The notes under the pieces were generated by a model, which was given only the letters and a program-made list of their open reading frames with translations, made no database searches and had not been told where the DNA came from. A stretch of 64,000 nt of DNA. Source: Pelagomonas calceolata. Its lineage: Eukaryota. Numbering within the stretch: position 1 is the stretch's first letter; each line of letters starts with the position of its first letter. Below are positions 43,368-54,786 of this stretch, in pieces. The stretch covers positions 3,906,001 through 3,970,000 of the forward strand of contig CAKKNE010000003.1 of the NCBI GenBank assembly GCA_918797485.1, written 5' to 3'. Made by a program: the position numbers and the translations under genes.

Positions 43368-44507
43368 TTATGACCCAGCAAGCAGCCCCCGGCACCGCGC
43401 GAACAACGCCTCCGCCGCCTCATGTTCCCGCGCAGGCACGCGCGCGAACGCCGCGCCCGAACCCACGAAGTACCCGACGTACTCGAAGGCCGCGCGGCAA
43501 CCGTATCGAGGCACCCAGTACGGCGCCAGATACAGAGGCAGGCCGTCCCCGTCGCGTTCGAGAGGCAGCGCCGCCGCGGCGACGGAAGAAGCACACGCCT
43601 GGTCCGTCGTCAGGAAGACCGGCGCCACGCAGACTCGAAACAGCGGCCGCACCGGGGCCCAGACGTGGCGCCAAATATCCGAGTTCGCCGCGCCCGGGTT
43701 CACGGGGACGCCGTCGACTTTTCTACCTAAGTCGCCCCTTGACAAGGCCCTTGCTAATAAAACCATGGCCAGTTTCGATTCCGCGTAGTCCGCGTCGTGG
43801 GCGTGGCACGCCGCGCTGTGGTGGTGCATGACGCCTGCGTTTTGCGATTTGTGTCGCGTCGACGGCGTGGACGCCCTGGCGCCATCGACGCGACTCTGTG
43901 ACGCGTCGATGGCGTGAAAGATGGACGCCGCGCCCGCGCTCGCCAAACAAACCACGCGAGCATCCGCACCCAACGAGTCCAAGAGCAACGTCACGAGCAG
44001 GTAGTGGGCCACGAAGTTGACGCCAAAGACCAACGAACAGTCGAGCTCGGGATGCGTCGCCGTGGGCACGTTCGCATTCACACCAGCGTTGAGTATAAGT
44101 ACGTCGAGCCTCAGAGGTTTGACCTTTTCCGCGCAAGCTCTCACGGATTCTAGCGAGCACAGGTCCAAAGCAACGGCTTCGGCGCGGCCGCCGACCTCTT
44201 CTACGGCTCGCCTCGTGCGTTCCGCGTTGCGGCCACAAACGAGCACGCGCGCGCCCCGCGCCGCCAGCCGCTTGCACGTGGCCAGGCCGACGCCGGCCGT
44301 CGCGCCCGTGACCAGGATCGTTTTATTACGCAGGTCGGCGTCCCGTTCCACGGGCTCGACGGCGTCTACTATTCGTAACGTTTCGAGGAGGGGCTGGGCC
44401 AAAGCCGCCGCTACGGAGCACATCACTACCGGTGTTTGCGCGGCGAGCCGCAGGTAGCTGCCGAGGCGGCTGAGCGTGCTGCTGGCTGTCCGCGTGACTG
44501 GGAGCAT
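43368..44507 (-). CDS. Short-chain dehydrogenase/reductase (retinol dehydrogenase/WWOX-like); in-frame intron 43835-43939
   Basis: ILVTGATAGVG, LDLCSLESVR, LILNAG, FGVNFVAHYLL, YAESKLA and VNPG. Confidence 0.88.
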   Translation of the reverse strand: MLPVTRTASSTLSRLGSYLRLAAQTPVVMCSVAAALAQPLLETLRIVDAVEPVERDADLRNKTILVTGATAGVGLATCKRLAARGARVLVCGRNAERTRRAVEEVGGRAEAVALDLCSLESVRACAEKVKPLRLDVLILNAGVNANVPTATHPELDCSLVFGVNFVAHYLLVTLLLDSLGADARVVCLASAGAASIFHAIDASQSRVDGARASTPSTRHKSQNAGVMHHHSAACHAHDADYAESKLAMVLLARALSRGDLGRKVDGVPVNPGAANSDIWRHVWAPVRPLFRVCVAPVFLTTDQACASSVAAAALPLERDGDGLPLYLAPYWVPRYGCRAAFEYVGYFVGSGAAFARVPAREHEAAEALFARCRGLLAGS

Positions 44508-44862
44508 GGTTGCGGCGCGCGGCGACAGCGTGCAAGTGGTGGTGATTGTCTGAGCTATGCAAGCTCGGCGGCGTTGACGGCTGAGGGATTCAATTAGCGT
44601 CGTCAAAGGATGCTGCGATGTGCCACCGATGTGCAAAGAGGTCCAGTGCTGCCGAAAGCTGCCTATGCAGCTTGACGCTCCAAAGCCGAGCTAGCGTCCT
44701 GTAACACACTAGCAAACAACCAAGCCCCGGCTTTGGGCCGTCGTACGAGCCACCACAGCTCGTCTCAGAAACAAGAATCGAGCTACGCGCTCCCGGATTT
44801 GCTGCGATCCGAGCTGTGCCGAAAGAGAGCTGTCGCTGAGGCGGCACAGCCACTCTAACACG

Positions 44863-45477
44863 ATGAGCGCCGAGTGCGCGCGCCTAGCCGTGGACCTCGA
44901 GCGCCTCCTCCCAAAAGTAGATGCTGAGGATCTGGACGAGGACCGGCGCATCGCCTTCGCCGAGGCGGCCCTCTCTAAAATCGCCGCGCTCGAAGCCGCC
45001 GCAGACGGCGATGCTACGGTGCTGGCCCAAGTCGCAACTTATGAAGAGGCCATGCTGGCTGTCATCGACGGGTTGCGGCCGCCCGAGGAGGAGGAACCAG
45101 CAGAGGCACCGGCGCCAGCGCCACGCGTCGTGCCCGCCACTCAACAAAACGAGAGCGACTCCGAGAGCGAAGTCGACGAACCGCCCCAGAACGAGGCCGA
45201 TTCTTTACAGAGGGAGCTCGAGACGATGACCGCGCGCCTGAAAGCGTCGTCGCTCGCCGTCCACGAGAAGTTAAGGGAGCAGTCGAAGAAGATGGAGCAA
45301 CTCGACGACGCGACGTCCCAAAATCAAAACGCCGTGTCCAAGGAGCGGACCGCGTTGGATGTGCGCGCCGCGGCGAGGACGCGGACGCTGCTCCAGGCCC
45401 TCGCGGCGCTCGTGGCGGTTGTTGTGTCGTTCCTGGGGACCTACGTTTTTATTGCGGTGTTTCCGAAGCATCGGTAG
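44863..45477 (+). CDS. Tail-anchored ER SNARE, Use1-like
   Basis: C-terminal coiled coil (ELETMTARLKASSL...LDDATSQNQNAV) and TM ending FLGTYVFIAVFPK. Confidence 0.7.
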   Translation: MSAECARLAVDLERLLPKVDAEDLDEDRRIAFAEAALSKIAALEAAADGDATVLAQVATYEEAMLAVIDGLRPPEEEEPAEAPAPAPRVVPATQQNESDSESEVDEPPQNEADSLQRELETMTARLKASSLAVHEKLREQSKKMEQLDDATSQNQNAVSKERTALDVRAAARTRTLLQALAALVAVVVSFLGTYVFIAVFPKHR

Positions 45478-45573
45478 TCGTAAAAGTATGTGATGTTGAA
45501 CTTATGTATGGTTCTCGAGGGGGGAGAGGTTCAAAAATGGGGGTTTGCTGCTCCGGCATCGTTTCTCGTGCAG

Positions 45574-46287
45574 CTACTGATTGCGCGCCAGGCTCGTCGC
45601 GACCACGAGCGCGGCGACGGCTGAGCGCGCCGGGAGGTTTCGGTCCGCGCCGCGGAGCCGCTCGAGCGCGAGGAGCTGGCGCTCGCGGTCCAGGGCCGCG
45701 CGGTCGCGGTCGAGGGCCTCGCGGTCGTCGCGGAGGCGCCGCTCGCGCGACGCGGCGCTCCGTTCTCGATACGCAGCGACGAGCAGTGCCGCCCTTTGGC
45801 GCTCGTAGGCGAGGAGGTCCGTGCCGGGCCGCGGCGGGGCGTAGGTGCTGCCCGTTTCGTGCGCCTCGGCCGCGTTCGCGCCATAGTATGCGGGCGCCTT
45901 GGGAGCCGCGCGATCCATGGGCTTGAGCTCGTCGATAGCGTCGGTCTTCGGGACCGGCGGCGCGGGAGGATCGGGCGCCACGGGCGCGTCGGGCGCCTCG
46001 CGTGTCGTTTCTGGCGCCTCGTCGGCCGACGCGCTCGCGGCCACGGCGTCACCACCGGCGGCTACGTCCGCCGCGTCGGCGTCGTCTTCGCGCCAGGGCG
46101 GGTCCCACGTCGACGCGCCCGCATCATCAACATAGAACGCGTTGCCGTGGGAATCACGCCACTCGAGCCACCCGTCTTGTATAGGAGGCTTCTCCCAGCG
46201 GCTCTCCTGCCGCAGGGCGCTGTACCAGCACCAGTGGCCGCTCTCCGGGTCGAGGATTTGCACCCAGTCCGGCCGCGCGCGGGCCAT
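45574..46287 (-). CDS. Tandem WW-domain protein with C-terminal coiled coil
   Basis: WVQILDPESGHWCWYSALRQESRWEKP and WLEWRDSHGNAFYVDDAGASTWDPP. Confidence 0.8.
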   Translation of the reverse strand: MARARPDWVQILDPESGHWCWYSALRQESRWEKPPIQDGWLEWRDSHGNAFYVDDAGASTWDPPWREDDADAADVAAGGDAVAASASADEAPETTREAPDAPVAPDPPAPPVPKTDAIDELKPMDRAAPKAPAYYGANAAEAHETGSTYAPPRPGTDLLAYERQRAALLVAAYRERSAASRERRLRDDREALDRDRAALDRERQLLALERLRGADRNLPARSAVAALVVATSLARNQ

Positions 46288-46893
46288 CCTTATATATCCC
46301 GCACCGCGAACGGTCCGGGGCGGGGCCAAATTACTCGTCGAAGGACGTGCGGCCCGATCTGGGTGTGGTGCAGGCCTCGATCATCTCCTGCTCGGCCTGG
46401 GACCGGCGGCGCGAGAGGGTGTGAATGGGTTCCCACCACCAATTCCAAGACAGCCAAGGGCTGGCGTCGCAGCAACCAGGGCTGGCGTCGGAGGTCATGG
46501 CGCTTCTGGGCGTGGGACGTGCGTGAACGTCGCGGTGCGTGGCGGCGCGCGGGGGGTCGCTCCCAGGCTGTTTATCATGTGATGGGGGCAGAAGCGGCGA
46601 ACCCGCACGACTTTGGCCTCTACGCGGACGTCTGCGCGTATGATCTTAAGCGTTGGAGGCGTCGGGGACGGGCTGCCGGTGGCGCGCGGGTCCTGCACTC
46701 GCCGCAGATTTTGCATGCCGGCGCTGCTGCAGCGCTGGGAGAGGCACCGCGCGGCGCAGGCGTGCCTACGCCGCACGCAGAATTGCGCCACGCCGACGTG
46801 ACTCTCTCGCCACGGCGACCGCGCAGCTGCGGCCAGAGATAAGGGCCGGCCCACCCTAGGCACTCGGGGCAGCCACACCACGCTAACACAGAG

Positions 46894-47409
46894 ATGGCCC
46901 TCCTCTCCTGGGACGGTCAAATAATCAACGCCTTGGTCCACGACTGGCCTAAAGATGTTGAAGCGATCTTCAAAGACGATGCATGTAAAATAGACCAGCA
47001 GGTGCGAGGCGGGTGCTTTGGGCGCCAACAGCTCGTCCAGTGCGGCTTTTCGTCGCGCACGTGCCATACGGGCGACGCGTCGAGGTTCACCTATGAGTCA
47101 GGCGACACGCTCCTCCATCTCGGCAACCGCAACGCGAGCTCGCCGGCGTTCCTCTGCGAGCTGCTCGCGCAAGGAGCCTCAATACATGCGAAAAATAGTA
47201 AAGGCGAGACGGCCGAGGAGCTTGATAAACCAAGGATGCGGGAGGCGCAGCGCCTGTTCAAGCTGAAGCCTCGGGCGAAGAAGAAGAAGGCTGCGAAGAA
47301 GGTTGAAGGGAATCAATCCGCGCTCGTCGGCGCGACGTTCGGGGACGTCGTCGGTGTGGCCAATAGGGGCACGAAGCTCGCGCGGCTGATGCGGTCGGGG
47401 GTCGCGTAA
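46894..47409 (+). CDS. Small ankyrin-repeat protein (3' end uncertain)
   Basis: GDTLLHLG...LLAQGASIHAKNSKGETA. The TAA stop lies within a GTAAGT donor-like site (47406) followed by the intron motif, so a further exon is possible. Confidence 0.65.
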   Translation: MALLSWDGQIINALVHDWPKDVEAIFKDDACKIDQQVRGGCFGRQQLVQCGFSSRTCHTGDASRFTYESGDTLLHLGNRNASSPAFLCELLAQGASIHAKNSKGETAEELDKPRMREAQRLFKLKPRAKKKKAAKKVEGNQSALVGATFGDVVGVANRGTKLARLMRSGVA

Positions 47410-47781
47410 GTTGGTGTGGTGTGTGTCGTCGTTCCGCGTCGCGTCGATGGCGTAAGGGGGGGATGCCAAGTCATATGCGGAGTCAAGGGTATATTGTTAC
47501 GGTGCTAGGAGGACTAGTGGCTACGAGTATTTCGAGAGCTAGTGTGTCAACCTAGAGGCAGGAGACTTTTTCACTCACGCACGACGCCTCAGTTTGCTAC
47601 GCTTGCGTTCGTTGGCGGGTCGACACTTGATCCAGCGGTTCACCGCACTGCTGCGGCGGCACCGTTTCGGTTACCAGCGACGCCAGGGAGAGGCTTGGCC
47701 GGCCTGACCCTGCTGCAGCTACACCCAACACGCCGCGCCGGGCCTGATCAGCAGTAGAACTACAGAGCACCCACTAGCGCC

Positions 47782-49596
47782 ATGACCCAGGAGTCCTGCG
47801 CCTACGCCTCCAGGGCAACGCAGCTCCTCTACGTCATCGCGACCGACTGCGCCGTGCGCCTCGCCCTGCGCGCGGGTTTGAGAATCGCGCCGTCGCTGTC
47901 GACGACGCTCCTCTACCGCGCCAAGGCCGCGGCTCGGAACGTCATCCACTTCGTAAGGGCGGCGACGGCGTGTCTGGGTTGCAGCGTCCAATGTGCTGCG
48001 CTGCTGAGCAGCCACTGCGACGCAACAGTCTTCGGCGCGGCGCTGCACGCCGGCTACCTGGCGATCGCTTTTGATGGTTTGTTCGGCGAAAAACTAGGAC
48101 GAAGAAGGGGCGTCGTCGCCGCGGCGGCCGTCGGTCTGCCAGCTGCTCTACTCGCGAGACAATCAATCGCAAGATACGCCTTGTATTGGGCCCTCTTCTG
48201 CTTAACTAAGCAGTCGCTGCAGATGGCGCTGTGGCGGTACCGGGGCTGGCGCGCGCCGCCGCTACCTATTACTTTACCGCTCCTCGGTAACTTACTACCG
48301 GCAGCTCCCGCGTTCATGCGATTCTTACTGAGACAGGCCAAAAGGCACTTCGCCAAGGAAGGATTATTTCTCTTCTGGCCGGCTGGCGGCGCGCCCCTAT
48401 GTGTGATTGCTCACGCGAAAACCGCGCGAAAAATACTGTCTGATAGAAGAACGTTCCCGAAGGGTCCCGACTACCGTAGGAAGTTCGGCTTCGTGTTTGG
48501 AGATGGTCTGGTGACGGCGGAGGGCGCTTCCCACGCGCGGGCGAGAAAACTACTAGCGCCGTACTTCAGGACCGATAGACTGAAGGTCGACGGCGTCCTG
48601 CAAGCTTTCCAAAGTTCACTGGATATGCTGAGCGAGGGCGACGTCGACGTGCAAAGTTTTTTTCATCTCGCGACGCTGCGCGCGTTTTGTCGCTGTTTAC
48701 TCAGCGAAGATGTTGATGGGTGGAAACGCGACGAGAACGACGCAAAAGGCGACGTCGCGAGGTTCGTGGCCGAGGCTTGTAGTTTTGGGAGTTTGGTGGT
48801 GGGGGAACACATGCTGTTTGATTTGCCGATGAGCGAGACGCTGTTTGGTCGTGTGCGCAAGCTAAGGAGGATGCGCGACTCATTGAGAAGCAAAGTCCTG
48901 CGGCCCGTCGTCGAGCGGAGGCGTGCCTTGGCAGAGAAGCCCGACGACTGCTTGACCGCGCTGATTCAGCACCAGTCAATTGATCCTACTTTCACTGACG
49001 AACACGTCCTCGACCAGCTCGTGACGCTGATCGGCGCGGGCCACGACACGTCGGCGTACTTTCTCTGTTACGCGTGCTTTGAACTGGCGCGGCACCCGGA
49101 GATCCAGGACGCACTGAGGGAGGAGCTTTCTACGAATGAAGATGACTTGTTCCGGAGAGTTGTACGAGAAACGTTACGCTTGTACCCGGTCATCCCCATG
49201 GTGACACGAGTCGCATCGTGTTCTACTTCCGTCGTGGACGGGCATGGGAACAACAAATCGATCCCGAAGGGTGCTCGGCTCATCGTGCCGTTCTTCCTCC
49301 TCAATAGATTACCGGAGGTCTGGGGCGCGGACGCGGCGGACTTCAAGCCGGACCGGTTCCTCGCCATCAGTGGTGGCGTCGCGGCGCCGGCGCAGGGCTT
49401 CCTGCCCTTCGGCTCCGGCGCTCGGAGCTGCGTCGGCCAGGGCCTCGCGCTGCTCGAGGCCCGCACCTTCCTGCGCGAGTTGTTGGACGTGTATGAGCTG
49501 CGGCCCGTCCCGGGCTTCGCGCCTTCCATCAAGGCCGGCGTGTCGCTGACCTCGGCCGGCGGCGTGCGCGTGCGCCTCGTCAAGCGGGCTGTCTAG
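47782..49596 (+). CDS. Cytochrome P450 with long hydrophobic N-terminal extension
   Basis: I-helix AGHDTS, ETLRLYP (ExxR), FKPDRF, and heme motif FLPFGSGARSCVG. Confidence 0.93.
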   Translation: MTQESCAYASRATQLLYVIATDCAVRLALRAGLRIAPSLSTTLLYRAKAAARNVIHFVRAATACLGCSVQCAALLSSHCDATVFGAALHAGYLAIAFDGLFGEKLGRRRGVVAAAAVGLPAALLARQSIARYALYWALFCLTKQSLQMALWRYRGWRAPPLPITLPLLGNLLPAAPAFMRFLLRQAKRHFAKEGLFLFWPAGGAPLCVIAHAKTARKILSDRRTFPKGPDYRRKFGFVFGDGLVTAEGASHARARKLLAPYFRTDRLKVDGVLQAFQSSLDMLSEGDVDVQSFFHLATLRAFCRCLLSEDVDGWKRDENDAKGDVARFVAEACSFGSLVVGEHMLFDLPMSETLFGRVRKLRRMRDSLRSKVLRPVVERRRALAEKPDDCLTALIQHQSIDPTFTDEHVLDQLVTLIGAGHDTSAYFLCYACFELARHPEIQDALREELSTNEDDLFRRVVRETLRLYPVIPMVTRVASCSTSVVDGHGNNKSIPKGARLIVPFFLLNRLPEVWGADAADFKPDRFLAISGGVAAPAQGFLPFGSGARSCVGQGLALLEARTFLRELLDVYELRPVPGFAPSIKAGVSLTSAGGVRVRLVKRAV

Positions 49597-49887
49597 ATGT
49601 GCATAGGAAGTAAGTAAGACGTGTGTAAAATCGTGGTGAATGAGTCTTCCAGGAGGGGATCACGGCGATGGCGTACGGTGAGCTCGTGGAGTCGCGGACG
49701 GTACCTACCGATTCTGCGGTCGCGCCGTCGCCGCGCCGTCAAAACAACATGCGAGCGCCGCGGCGATGGCGCGGAGGTCGAGTTTGGTACGCCACTGACG
49801 CGACGCATCACTCACCGCCAGCAGCTTCCGCGCAGGCTCGACGAGGTGAACGGAAGAAACTTACGCGGCACGCAATCGACGGAACGA

Positions 49888-52800
49888 CTAGATGCGCACG
49901 GTAATGGTAGCGCCGGGCGCGACGCCCGGCGGTACGCGTACTCTGACGAGCTTCCCATCGGGGGCCCTCACTGTAATCGACCCACCAGCGGGCACGTGAG
50001 GAGGAATCTTCACGCGCATGAGCGTCGAGCCCGGCGGTCGCGGCGGCGGTCGCGGCGGCTGCGGCGGCGCCTTGGGCGCCGCCGCCGCCGGCACCGAGAT
50101 GCGCATCTGCTGGCCGGGCCGCACGTTCGGCGGCACGCGGACCTTGATCGTGCGGCCGTCCGGCGCGCGGACCTGGAGGATGGCGTTGGGGGCCGTGCCC
50201 GCGGGGATCTGGACCATCATGGTCCCACCCGACGGGGCGGCCGGCGTCGACCGCGGCGGCGGCGCCGGTGGCGGTGCCGGCGCACTCTCCTGCTGCCACG
50301 GCGTCGGTTGTGAAGGAGCTGATTGATCACCGTCGCGCCGCACGACGCGCGTGTTCTGGCTTCGTAGATTCACTTGAATAATACCCTCCGGCGGCGGGTG
50401 CGGCAGCTTCGCACTGACCGCCTCGTCGCCCCACCTTACTTCAAAGGGAATACCAGGTAATGATACTGTACCACTCCCGTTCGACGCCTTCATGGCCCGC
50501 TCAATCACGCGACAGTGCTCGTGCGCATAGGCCTCCCATCCTCCAGGACCGCGATGACTGAACCGCGCGTCGCCTTTATGAAAGCCAGACACGGCTTTCC
50601 TCGCCGCCTCGATGGCCCTCCGATTCGCAATTTTCTTCGCCTCGTCCCTTGCTTCCTCGGCCTTCCGCCTCTGGATCGCGGCGGCCTCCGCTCTTCTACG
50701 TTCTTCGACAGCCTTGCGCTCAGCCTCGCGCTGCGCCTCCACGGCCCTAGCTTCCGCCTCCCTTCGCTCGAGCAACTCCCGCTTTTCGCGTTCCTTGCGC
50801 TCCTTCAACTCCCGAGCTTCTCTTTCTTTCCGTGCTTGGACCTCGGCGAGCCGCGCAATTTCTTCGGCCCGTCGCGCCTCGGCCTCTTCGCGCTCCTTGG
50901 CCCTCCGCTCTTCAAGCGCCCGCTTCTCCCTTAATTTCCGCTGCAGCAATGCCTCGGCCTCCCTTTCTTTTTGGGCCTGGGTCGCCTGCAGACGCCGAAG
51001 TTCCTCGTCCCTCCTACGATCCGCCTCCTGCCGCTGTTGTTCTCGTCTCTCATTGAACACTGACGTCGCGGCGGTCTTCCGCTGCAGTAACGCCGCCGAC
51101 GCGGCCTCCTTCTCGGCGAGCTTCTCGCGCTCGCGAGCGGCGATCTGCTCCTGCCTATGCTGCGTCCGGGCGCGCTCAGCCTCGCGTCTCTGAAAAAAGG
51201 ACGCCGTGCCCTCCTGCGTCCGCGCGAGGTGCTGGGCCGCCTCCTCGCGGTGGGCCTCGCGCATGGCTCGCACCATCGTCGAGCCCGCCTGCCGGAAGGC
51301 GTCCCTTCTGTTCTCTCGCCGGGCGAGCTCCTCGGCGCGCCGTCTCAGCTTGTACGCTCGCTGCGCCTCGGCCTCGGCCCTAGCTGCTCTCTGATGGACA
51401 CAATCAAGAGGCAGGACCAAGCCTTCCTTGAGGATAACGTCTACACCTTTTTTCAATGCCGTCTGTTCGGCCGGTAAGAAGCCGCACAGGTAGACGTCCC
51501 CGTCGTAGTCGTGCGTCGCCACCGCCCGGCACGCGAGCTCCACGACCCTATCCAGTGCAACATGACCCCGGAAAATACCGGCCGATAAGAGTGGAAACGC
51601 CACCCGCTTGATGCCCTTCTCCCGGGCCAATGACAAAGATGAAGCATAAGCCGACAGCAATAACGTCTCGGCCTGTTGAGCAGGATGCGACCGGAAGTCG
51701 GGGCCAACAGCATGTAGTACGAACTCCGTGCCGATGTTGCCGTAGGAGTTCGGTCCCGTAGCCACGCAGCCGCCTACTTTTATTCTTTCATGCCTGTTAT
51801 TAATGATAGGTAGAGCCCTTCGATCTCTATGCATGGTCGGACCACCTGCCGAATTGACGGCCGCGTCGACGCCCCCGCCACCCAATCCCATCACATTAGC
51901 GGCGTTGACGATGGCCGCATAACCACTACCATAATTCTTGAAACTCACGACGGAACCCGCGGCGATGCGCAGCGACCCGCCCGCACTACGCCTTACTTCT
52001 AACAAACAGTCCACGCCGCAGTCTCGACGACTGAGCCACTTCGAATCTTGGATGTCCCAATGTAAATCACCGTTGTCCCGCACCTTGAACGAGGGGGCGT
52101 ACCTGTGTGGAAATAAAAAATTTTACGGCGCGTTCGTGCTGAATCGTCGCGTCGTCCTCCACGCCATCGACGCGACGCCTGCTCGATGGCGCGGTGGTGG
52201 TCGTTCCTCACCGCTCGACGGAGCCAGCACGGCCGCGCCATCGCCGAGAAATGACTTAGTGAAGAATTGTCGGTGCGCGCGACACACTGGTTGATTTCCA
52301 CACAGGCGCGTACGTCCGCCCTCGAGGACCGTGGATCTTCTCCTTCATGCGGCCTTTCAAGTGGTTGTGTTCTTGCACAATTGTAAAGGCGCTCTTGGGG
52401 GTTTCTCGCCCGTTGCGGTACGTGACGTACTCGTTGGTGGCCGTCTGTCTGAATTCGTATATGTCATTGTTGGGCTTTCCTGTTTGTACATCTACGGAGT
52501 ACCACCTGCCGGCGAGATCTAGGGTGAGCGTCGGTTCCTCGTCAGATGATTCGTCTGGAACCGCGACCGGCTTGGCCGCGGGCGCGGTCCTGGGCGCGGG
52601 CCGCCGCGCGACGGCCGAGGACGCCTCGCGCGGGCGCACGCGGTCGAAGGGCACGTTGCGCTCGCTGCCTCCATCATTGTATCGGACACTACAGCCTTTG
52701 TTAGACACCTCCGTGACCGTGCCGCGATACCAAGCCCCGCGGCCGCGCCAGTCGGCCTCGACACTGCAGCCCGCCCGCAGCCAGGCCGGCGCCTCGACTC

Positions 52801-53863
52801 TTCGCGTCGGCTTAGCACGCCGCGGCTTCCGGGGAGGCAGCGGCGGCACCACTTTATCAGATGACGTCGCCCGCTTCAGCGCCCTTTGCACGACGTGCGC
52901 GGCCCTCTCGGCCCGCCGGACCTCCCGCCCAAAGATGCAGTTCGGATCGTTCGCCTGCGCGTCCGCAATAGCTTTCTTGGCCTGAGCGCGGTCCCTCAAA
53001 TCTAGCAACCTCCTGCGAGCCTTCATGACACTCTGTAATTGAGCCGTCGCGCGCGCCATTTTTTCATTTTCCCGCTTGAAAATGCAGTCCTCATCAGACA
53101 CTTTGGGGATGGCACTCTCGTCGAAGCCCATCGCCCGCAGCTCGTCGGCGACGTGCTCGATCTTCTGGTTGCCGGTCCAGCCCTCGGCCGGTGCGCGTAA
53201 ATGGTTAGGTAGTGACGCCGCCAGGGTCAAGGATAACGCGTTGAAGGTGCCTTCATCTACTTCCTCTCGCTGCAGGAAATTTTTAGTTGCTTTCGTGGCC
53301 GCGAGGGCCCAGGGCGGCGGCATCGGACTTATGGCTTGCACGGGCGCGTCCGCGAACAAGACCTCGCAGAAGGCCCTGATGGTCGGGGAGAGAGCTTCGT
53401 CCAAGGAGACGTCGCCTCCTTTTTCATAAGCTTCTACTAATGATCGAGCTAGATGCATGCAGAAGGGCGGCTGCAGCCGCGTCGCGTCGTGTAACATCTT
53501 CGAGACCTCGACGTGGGCGAGCGGTCGCGTGACCTCATCTAATTCAAAACCGTCGCTGATCGGTTCCTTGGCGAATTCTATACAGACAGGCCGGCCGCAG
53601 CTCTCGAACAGCGCCTTGACCTTCCACGACGGCAGTCGGGGCAGCCGCGCGCCGTTCACGCAGACGAGGCGGTCGCCGACTTCGAAACCGGCGGACAGCG
53701 GGGCCTCGGACACGACGGGGACGCCATTCGCGTCGATGACCGAGAACCCGAGCGCGTCGCCGTCGAAGGTGACGACGTGACCGCCGCACTGGGGCCGGAT
53801 TCTGAGGGGCGGCGGGCCTTGCGGTGGCGGCGGGCCGTGCCGGCGGCGGACGGCTGCTGCCAT
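49888..53863 (-). CDS. Multidomain PDZ-like/UBA-like/Tudor/Macro/coiled-coil/WWE protein (introner intron 52103-52313)
   Basis: PDZ-like LGFSV...VGDRLVCVNG, UBA-like ELRAMGF, Tudor VEADWRGRGAWYRGTV...VRYNDG, Macro AIVNAAN...GGGGVDAAV...VLHAVGP...FPLLSAGIF, WWE GWEAYAHEHCRVIERA, and two C-terminal VxIP-G...APDG...VRVP repeats. Splicing gives one 1254-aa frame. Confidence 0.8.
52103..52305 (-). mobile_element. Introner element copy 3 (203 bp, more diverged)
   Basis: Same family and TIR as copies 1 and 2. TSD is GGGCGTAC/GCGCGTAC, with the GT donor at the TSD start. Confidence 0.93.
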
Positions 53864-54435
53864 TTCTATGCCTTTGGCTCTTCCAGGCCTTTGGCTTCCC
53901 AGGCTGGGCTGGCGGGGGGGGGCAGCCTTCCCCGAGGCGCTGGGCGCCGGGGGGGCAGCCGCGCGACCAGTGACGCCTGCGCGCTCCCAGCGTTTGTGGT
54001 GGCGACGTTTTCTCGTGCGGCGCGCAACAACAGGAGGCGTGCCGGAGATTGTCTGCCAAGTTTGGAAGCCGCGGCCCGGGGGTCGTCCGCGCGCGCGGGG
54101 CGCCCGGAGGCGTCGGTCGAGGGCTCCGACGGGTCCCCGGGCCTTTTTGCTGCGAACCCGAACGTAAGCTGAGTATGACTCTCTGCAAAGCTGCCAGATC
54201 CCAGCGCGCCGAGCGTAAAAACGCCTCGTGTGAGCGGCTGAGGACCAGCAGGACGGCGCTTTGGGTCGGTTAGCACCCACGGAAGGCAGCCTGCCCGCGT
54301 GCGTTGACGGGCCGCGCCCGAAAAGGTTCCAGAGGGGCAGCCTCAGGAGTGCGGGGAGTGCGGGCGGCCCCGCGCGGCGCGGGCGCGGTCGTGGGCGCCA
54401 AGAGTTTGGGCCGACCGCGCGGCGGTCCCGCAGAC

Positions 54436-54786
54436 ATGGAGGTCACGCCCGTCGACGCGCGCCCGCCGCCGGGCCTCACGCCAACCGCAACAGAAAAGGT
54501 GGAATTATCAAGGGAAGCGAAGCGCGAGGTCGAGCTGTCGATCATGGAATTGAGGGACGAGCTCGAGGAGGAGGGCCTCGACGAGGACGCGATCGACGCG
54601 AAGTGCGACGCGCTCCGGACGAAGCTCCTCGAGGAGGCGGCCGAGGCGACGCCCGTGGAGGCGCAGCCCGGCCGCGACGCGCAGGACCCACCCGGTGAAA
54701 CTCTCGCCCAGACGTCCTGCTCCCTTTGCTTGGGCCAGTGCCTGGCCGCCATGTGCATGATGGTCTGCTGCGGCGATTGCGGTTAG
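54436..54786 (+). CDS. Small cwf21-domain protein with Cys-rich (CYSTM-like) tail
   Basis: EAKREVELSIMELRDELEEEGLDEDAIDAKCDALRTKLL matches cwf21. The tail is CLGQCLAAMCMMVCCGDCG. Confidence 0.65.
   Translation: MEVTPVDARPPPGLTPTATEKVELSREAKREVELSIMELRDELEEEGLDEDAIDAKCDALRTKLLEEAAEATPVEAQPGRDAQDPPGETLAQTSCSLCLGQCLAAMCMMVCCGDCG

Noticed and set aside
46290..46890. Extra gene or second UGA-readthrough ORF (TGA near 46580)
   Set aside because: No redox motif, no recognisable domain and no SECIS-like hairpin found.
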